DNA of 64,000 nt from Piromyces finnis finn (Eukaryota > Fungi > Neocallimastigomycota). Under the pieces are notes generated by a model. It did not search any database, had not been told where the DNA came from, and worked only from the letters and a program-made list of their open reading frames with translations. A program made the position numbers and the translations under genes. Each line of letters begins with the position of its first letter. Position 1 is the first letter of the stretch. This document shows positions 57,400 to 64,000 of the stretch, piece by piece. The stretch covers positions 62,001 to 126,000 of the forward strand of contig MCFH01000013.1 in the NCBI GenBank assembly GCA_002104945.1. The letters run 5' to 3'.

Positions 57400-58821
57400 A
57401 AAAAAGAGATAAAATAATTCCCAAAATAAAATTTATAAAATCAATTTATAGTATGAATAAATCCATTAAAATTCATTAAATATAATAATATAATATTATT
57501 AATATTATTAATGATTTATTTATACTCTTATAAAAAATACCTTTTTTTTTCCAACATAAATTGATATTGCATATTAAAATAATATATAAAACTTATTACT
57601 TTTTTTTTTATAAAAAAGAAAAAACGAGATTAAATTTAAATAGAAATATAAGGAATAAATAGAAATGTATAAATAATTATTTATAAAAAATAAAACTTTA
57701 TAATAAAATAATAATAATAGTCAATTTTTTTTTGTAGGTATAATATTATATTATATAACATTATAGGTTATTATGGGTTATTATATTACCATTATAGATA
57801 GTTTTTGATTATAGATTATTAAATACTATAGCATTATAGACCATGTGTGTATTAAATAGTTAATAATAAAAAGTTGATTTTTTTTTTTTTTTCATTACAA
57901 AATGTTTGAAAACTTTAAAAATTTTGTGTTACTCAAGTTACAGGAATATTAAAAAGAGAAAAATTAATTTAAATATTTAATTTATTTTAATTAAAATTAA
58001 ATTAATTTTTTTTGATCAATTTGAAAATCCTCACATGGAAATAAATTTCTCTTTTTAAAAAAATCAAAGAATATGAATTAATAACTTTTTTCTTTAAAAG
58101 GTAAACTCCATTTATTTTAAATGCCTTTATGAAAGAGTTAATTTCAATAGATATAAAAATAAATAGTATTTACAAACAAACAAACAAACAAATAATAACT
58201 ATTGAAGCATTGTATAAAAGATGTGATAAATCATTTTATTTTATTTTTTTAAAAAAAAAAAAGATATAAAACTATTATTTATAAGGATTTTGCTGAATGA
58301 ATTCGAAAATTTTTATGGATATAAATCCATTAGACTCTTAAAAGAAAGCAACAAAATAATAATAATAATATAAAATCATTGTAATATAAAACAAATATTT
58401 TAAAAAACAATTCACTATTAAATGGATCATTTTATTAAAAAAGAAAAAGGATTCTTTAAATTCTTTTTTTTTCTTTTTAGAATTATAAAAACACATAAAT
58501 TACTTTTTTTCTTTTGTAGAATTTTCAACCTATTTCAACTTTTCACTTTGGTGGATGGTAATATCACAAAAAAAATTTATTTTAATTAACTTCGTTTCAA
58601 TGTGAATTTAAAAAGTGGATTTTTGGTTTAACTCTAAAGTATTACACTAGAAATTCCTTTTTACAATACCAAAAAAAAATATATACATATAATTATGGAT
58701 TTGGCATAAATGTTGGAATGTATGAAATATGTATCTTGTATCTTTATTGTATTACATTGTAATATAATTATAAAAACCATAATAAATTAATAGCTTTAAA
58801 CAATGATTATATATTATCATT

Positions 58822-59414
58822 TGATATAAAATGGTCATAAAAACCTTAATTAATAATATAGTTGAATATTACTATAAATGTTGTATAGGCATAGATTAAT
58901 GCAATATTGAAATAGATTATCATGTAGTTTTTATTACATTTTATTTAGTACATTAATGTATTTATCATATTTTTATAATCATGTGATAAATTAATTGATA
59001 CGGGTTAATTTTATGTAGAAAGAATTAAACTTTAATTAATATATATTTTATTAATAATTTTATTTATAACGTTCCAATATTTCTATTCTGTCTAAATACT
59101 AAAACGTTCTGTCGTTGTCAAATATTAAAATTCTAACTAAAACAAGAAGCCCTTTTTAATAATATTTATTCTAGTCTATTTATACTAATGAGGCTTACTT
59201 AATAATTAATTGTCCAATTATAAGGCTGGAACTATATGGATCATTCATTTACAATACTCTTTTACATTACATGATATTACATTTGTCGTACATTTACATT
59301 ATATTCTTATACATTGTAGAAATAATTAATATTATAATAAATCTATATAAATTTAATATTAGGAAAAATTACTAATATAATAATATGTTCAAGTCACATA
59401 TTATTTTTATATCA
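58822..59414 (-). repeat. Probable 3' LTR of Ty3/Gypsy element D (593 bp)
   Basis: Perfect 10-bp terminal inverted repeat TGATATAAAA...TTTTATATCA; minus-strand purine tract AGCGAGGGGA ends 4 nt before it. The partner LTR is outside the window. Confidence 0.65.
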
Positions 59415-59830
59415 AAAATCCCCTCGCTATAGGAGAGCGAAGTATAATTTAAGATACAAAATTTTTACTGAGCGTATCTGGTTATAATATTAATTTTTCT
59501 GGTTATAAAACTAAATTTCTAAAATTAAAAAAAATTGAAAAAAAATTGAAAAAAAATTGAAAAAAAAATACTAATAAAAATTTTTTTTTTTTTTTTTTTT
59601 TTTTAATTATTATTATGATTATTTATATATACTAATTACTAATTAAACTAATTATTATTGTTATTATTATTATTATTTACTATTATTATAATTATTATTT
59701 ATTATTATTCTTAATAATCTATGGTAGGCTACTCGAGGTTTAGCAAGGTCGAACAGGAGTTAATCGACTTTTCGAAATTCGAAATCCCTTTTTGACTTTT
59801 TCAATTTCAATTTCGAAATTTCAAATTAAT

Positions 59831-59872
<42 letters not shown>

Positions 59873-59941
59873 TATATATATATATATGTTTAACATATCT
59901 AATTTGTAAAATATAATAAATTTTAAATAAAGTGTCGTCTC

Positions 59942-62900
59942 TCATAACGAAATATTTTCTTTATAAGGGAGGATATTCTTCATATGTGTATACCTGGTTA
60001 GTTCTTGTCCCGTATTGTAGTCCTTGAGCTTGACTGTATTCCAGGCGATATCTAAGATTTGATAAGGTCCTTTAAAATATGGGTCCAATTTTGTTCTGTT
60101 GAAATTCCTTAATTTGACTAGATCGCCTATTTTGTATTCTTCCTTATGATCCATGCTTATTTTACTTTGTCTTCTAGCTTCCCAATACTTTAGAGTACCT
60201 AGCATTTTTGAAGCCGCCTTCCTTATCCATTTAGCGTGATCCACGAACCTTTCCATTATAATTTCTTCTGTGGATCTTCCTAAAGTTTCTTGATATGTTT
60301 CCATTAGCACTAAATCTATTGGGCGTGCATCCTTTCTTCCATATACAAGTTCAAAACTAGAGAATCCAGTTGTAGTAGATATACTGGTCCTTAACGCCCA
60401 TAGAGCTACTGGTAAGTATTTGTCCCAGTCTTCATTGTTCTCTACTAAGAATCGTAGCTGTTTCCCAATTTCCCGATTCTTATTTTCCACTAGACCATTC
60501 GACTCTGGGTGATAGGTGGATACGAAGTGTACATAAGTATCATATAAATCTAAAAATATTTTTGTATAGTCGGAAGTAAATTGTACACCATTATCCATTA
60601 AGACCAATTGTGGGACTCCGTGGCGACTAAATACTTCGGTTAGGAATTCCGCTACATCTTCTGAGGTGGTCGTTGACAACGCCTTCGCCTCAGGCCATTT
60701 TGTAAAATAGTCCACAGCTACAATAATATATTTGTTATCTTGCACAGTAGTCTTTAACGGGCCTATTATGTCCACGGCTATTCTGACAAACGGTGCTTCG
60801 ACTGGTGATGCAAATCTCTCAGTTCTTTCAGGTAGAGGTTGGGACTTCCGTAACTGACAGATTTTACACGTAGGAATATAGGTTTTTATATCTAAAACCA
60901 TGTTCTTCCAATAATACTTATCCTTGATCCTTTGGTAAGTTTTCTGCAGTCCTTCATGTGCGATTTTATGGTTTTTCGCGATGACCTGGATCTTTTCCAA
61001 GGGTTCGTCAACAATCTTTCTTAAGTTATCGTTATCCCTGAAATATAACAGATTATTTATTCTTATTACTCTTTCTTTTAGAAAGTTTTTCATAACCTCT
61101 GAGATATATTTATCATTTTCCTCGTTTTCTTCTTCTGACATTAATTCAGGCATCTTAGTAGGTTCTTCTACAACTTGTTTTCTCTGTTTCCGAGCTAATA
61201 AAGATTCTTCTTCATCACTTTCGCTTTCATTATTTTCTGACTCAAGGTTGGTATCATTTAGTGTACTAACTATTGCATTTGCGTTCGCTTCCTGACTGTT
61301 ATCCTCTTTTAATGACATCCGGGATAATGCGTCAGCTAAAATATTCGCTTTTCCAGGTTGATATCTTACTTCTACCATGTTTTGGCTAAAGTCATTAACC
61401 CAGCGAGCGTGTTTTGAAGTTTGAGGTTCATTTTTATTAATGATAGCAACTAGCGGAAGGTGGTCCGTATATAAAATAGTTTTGTACGGATTTCCTAGGA
61501 CATAATGACGAAATTCCATCAGGCAATAATGAGCAGCGGTACCTTCCAGTTCAGTAATAGGGTAGTTTAATTCAGCTTTCTTTAGTGCACGACTAGCATA
61601 CTTTATAGGATGCTCTACCCCGTCCTCCAAAAGTTGCAATAATACGCCGCCAATACCACTGAAACTGGCGTCCGAGCGGATAATGAAAGGAATATCATAA
61701 CGAGGAAAACACAGAATAGGGGAAGAGGCCAAATATTCTTTAGCAGCAACGAACGACGAATTACACTCAGAATCCCAAATAAACTTGGCGTCTTTTCTAA
61801 GGAGTTTATTTAAGGGGGCAGTAATAGAAGCAAAGTGATCAATAAATTCCCTATAATAACCAACCATTCCAAGAAAAGAACGAAGTTCAGTAACAGATTT
61901 AGGAGGATCTAGTTTGAGTATATTATCGACCTTAGATTTAATAGGAAGAAGACCATTAATAGAAACAACATGACCCAACACTTCAACTTCCTGTAAACAG
62001 AAGTGACACTTCTCAATGTTGACCTTTAAACCATTATCGCGAAGGATCTGGAAAACCTTTTTGATATCACGAAGATGTTGTGAGTAAGAAGGAGAATAAA
62101 TAATTATGTCATCAAGGTATACTTGAATACAAACATTGAGGAGGTCAAAGAAGATACGATTCATCTCTCTTTGAAAGGTCGCCGGCGCGTTTGTTAAACC
62201 AAAAGGCATGACTACGTAATCAAAATTTCCAAAACGCGTGGTAATAGCTGTAATACATTGGTCTTCTGGTAGCATAGGAATTTGGTGGTATCCACTGAAT
62301 AGATCTAAGGCCGTGAAAAATCTTGCACCAGTCATGGATTCAAAAGCTTCTCTAATGTTGGGAATAGAGTAAGCATCCTTTACAGTAATATTATTGACTT
62401 TTCTATAATCTGCACAAAGACGCCATTTATTGTGCTTCTTAGGAACCATTACAATGGGAGAAGCCCAAGGGGAATGGGATGGAACAATAAGGCCTTTATC
62501 CAGTAGTTTTTGAAGTTCACCCTTAAGAGCAGCTAGTTGAACTTGTGACAACTTCCGAACTTTAGCTTTAATGGGTTTAGCGCCCTCAACAAGTTCAATG
62601 TGGTGTGACCGGAGTTTTGAACGTTGGAGATCATCAGTGGAACAAGCAATAACATCACGAAAAGAAAATAAAAGACTTTGAAAATCATCTACAACAATCG
62701 GTTCTTCAGACTTATATGAAGGAATAAGATTATGTAATTCCTCAACTTTACCTAGAATTAAATCCTCCTTATTAAGAATAGGCTCGTTCTTGAGAGCAGC
62801 TACAATTGGTTTCCTATCAGAAGAGGGAAATAAGTAACAGTAATAGCACAAAGGGTTAAAAGAATTAATATCAATAATAGGAGTGAGAGGTTCCAGAGTA

Positions 62901-64000
62901 CCTTGACGTGTCTTAACACAAACAGTTTTATCGACTGCATCAACAATAATCCGTTGATCATGTTGAACTTTCAAACCAATCAGAGCATCATAAAATACGT
63001 CGTCATTATCGCAAATGCGGAATAGGACCGGAAAGGTAAGAGAACCAATACACACATTGAGTTCAACCAGATCAAAGGTACGAAGGTTATCATCAGCCAT
63101 AGCCTGTTGAATTTTGCTGTATACTTGGCCTTCAATTTTGAAATCGTTTATATTATCTAACAAGAATTTCCTCGAAACCAAGTTAATATTACTGCAGGAA
63201 TCAACTAAAAGAAAAGCCTTATGTCCATTCAGTAAGGCATGAACTACGGCAATGTCGTGGTCTTTTACGGCACCCGACACATAGTCGTGATGAGGATTAT
63301 TAACGACTTGTAGTTCCAGCGGCTTATTATCCTGTTCGACCATACCCATGACAATAGAGCTAGAGGGAACACGTTCCTTCTTTAAGTTGTTGGCAAGATC
63401 CATACGAGATTGGTTGGATAATTCCAAGAGTTGGGCGAAAGTCACATTAGCCTTAGTATTTTTCAAGTCTTCGCAGATATCATATCTATTTGTCCCTTGA
63501 GATAACTTCATGACTTGTATAGTTTTCTCTTTTGGGCCTAAGGGCTGTACAAGTGCGCTTCCGATATTAGGAGAGGAAGTAATAGGACTTTTACTTTTCT
63601 TTTCACTTTTCGGCTTGGAAACATTTTTAAAAGATACAGATTTAACATGGCTCTCGGACTTACGGACATCTGGAGGTGCCTGAGTTTGTTCAAAATCCAT
63701 TTCAACACTACTTACGTTTGGGAACGAGGGGGATTCGAACGCATGACCTGGGGACTGGGGGTTCGAGACAGTGCCCGCTGCACCATTGTGGTTATTTTTC
63801 TGAAAATTTTTTGAAGAGGGAAGATTCACCTGGGGGTGTGCCTGAGATGGTTGTGAGCTCACCGGAGATGTAGGAGGAGTAGTAGTATCAGAATTCGAGG
63901 AGGTGAGCGAGTTGCGTCTCTTCGTTTGAGCTGATTCCTCCTCATCTGTAGGGTCTAATTTCCTTTTAGCTACAGCAATTATATCCTTTTTGACCGTAGA
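59942..64000 (-). CDS. pol: Ty3/Gypsy family D gag-pol polyprotein (5'-partial), no chromodomain
   Basis: The frame is open from the window edge through the track's GTG start at 63862. Motifs: LVDSCS (protease site), YLDD, RSDAS, HEG..CKIC, VDI/MDNG/LVEN, GPY. Confidence 0.93.
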   Translation of the reverse strand, partial: STVKKDIIAVAKRKLDPTDEEESAQTKRRNSLTSSNSDTTTPPTSPVSSQPSQAHPQVNLPSSKNFQKNNHNGAAGTVSNPQSPGHAFESPSFPNVSSVEMDFEQTQAPPDVRKSESHVKSVSFKNVSKPKSEKKSKSPITSSPNIGSALVQPLGPKEKTIQVMKLSQGTNRYDICEDLKNTKANVTFAQLLELSNQSRMDLANNLKKERVPSSSIVMGMVEQDNKPLELQVVNNPHHDYVSGAVKDHDIAVVHALLNGHKAFLLVDSCSNINLVSRKFLLDNINDFKIEGQVYSKIQQAMADDNLRTFDLVELNVCIGSLTFPVLFRICDNDDVFYDALIGLKVQHDQRIIVDAVDKTVCVKTRQGTLEPLTPIIDINSFNPLCYYCYLFPSSDRKPIVAALKNEPILNKEDLILGKVEELHNLIPSYKSEEPIVVDDFQSLLFSFRDVIACSTDDLQRSKLRSHHIELVEGAKPIKAKVRKLSQVQLAALKGELQKLLDKGLIVPSHSPWASPIVMVPKKHNKWRLCADYRKVNNITVKDAYSIPNIREAFESMTGARFFTALDLFSGYHQIPMLPEDQCITAITTRFGNFDYVVMPFGLTNAPATFQREMNRIFFDLLNVCIQVYLDDIIIYSPSYSQHLRDIKKVFQILRDNGLKVNIEKCHFCLQEVEVLGHVVSINGLLPIKSKVDNILKLDPPKSVTELRSFLGMVGYYREFIDHFASITAPLNKLLRKDAKFIWDSECNSSFVAAKEYLASSPILCFPRYDIPFIIRSDASFSGIGGVLLQLLEDGVEHPIKYASRALKKAELNYPITELEGTAAHYCLMEFRHYVLGNPYKTILYTDHLPLVAIINKNEPQTSKHARWVNDFSQNMVEVRYQPGKANILADALSRMSLKEDNSQEANANAIVSTLNDTNLESENNESESDEEESLLARKQRKQVVEEPTKMPELMSEEENEENDKYISEVMKNFLKERVIRINNLLYFRDNDNLRKIVDEPLEKIQVIAKNHKIAHEGLQKTYQRIKDKYYWKNMVLDIKTYIPTCKICQLRKSQPLPERTERFASPVEAPFVRIAVDIIGPLKTTVQDNKYIIVAVDYFTKWPEAKALSTTTSEDVAEFLTEVFSRHGVPQLVLMDNGVQFTSDYTKIFLDLYDTYVHFVSTYHPESNGLVENKNREIGKQLRFLVENNEDWDKYLPVALWALRTSISTTTGFSSFELVYGRKDARPIDLVLMETYQETLGRSTEEIIMERFVDHAKWIRKAASKMLGTLKYWEARRQSKISMDHKEEYKIGDLVKLRNFNRTKLDPYFKGPYQILDIAWNTVKLKDYNTGQELTRYTHMKNILPYKENISL

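Noticed and set aside
63715-63790. tRNA-like A-box (TGGTGCAGCGG) and B-box (GTTCGAATCC) on the minus strand
   Set aside because: The T, anticodon and acceptor stems do not pair, and the sequence lies in the open gag frame (HNGAAGTVSNPQSPGHAFESP). Not called a tRNA.

Overview
This is a very AT-rich eukaryotic window, most likely from an anaerobic gut fungus (Neocallimastigomycota), inferred from fungal CBM10-type dockerins on a GH8 and on a CBM1 protein. Bases 1-27.3 kb are a nest of Ty3/Gypsy chromoviruses. Family A (+) runs off the left edge and its 3' LTR is truncated. Family B (-) consists of an extra LTR plus two tandem copies sharing a middle LTR. Family C (+) is full length with a CTTTT target-site duplication (TSD), and its single gag-pol ORF is broken by a 724-bp solo LTR. 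B and C are inserted 45 bp apart in the 3' end of one host ORF. Bases 27.3-34.8 kb hold four intronless orphan genes arranged as two divergent pairs, each a large signal-peptide protein plus a small protein; both large genes are split by one extra A in a homopolymer. Next come a TSD-bounded single-ORF LINE (39.3-45.1 kb, -), a GH8 with two dockerins, a non-catalytic dockerin-linker-CBM1 protein, and a fourth Ty3/Gypsy element D (-) running off the right edge. The main observations are: tRNA-independent, Tf1-like self-priming signals in B and C; a covarying TCG-TCYGG-CGA hairpin 13-14 nt before the 3' LTR in A, B and C; a tRNA-Gln-shaped cassette in the C LTR; a -1 frameshift signal in B; structured 123-bp monomers in the LINE 5' UTR with a mini-copy of the same LINE inserted next to them; and the paired orphan gene cassette. 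All product calls come from reading motifs by eye; no database searches were run.
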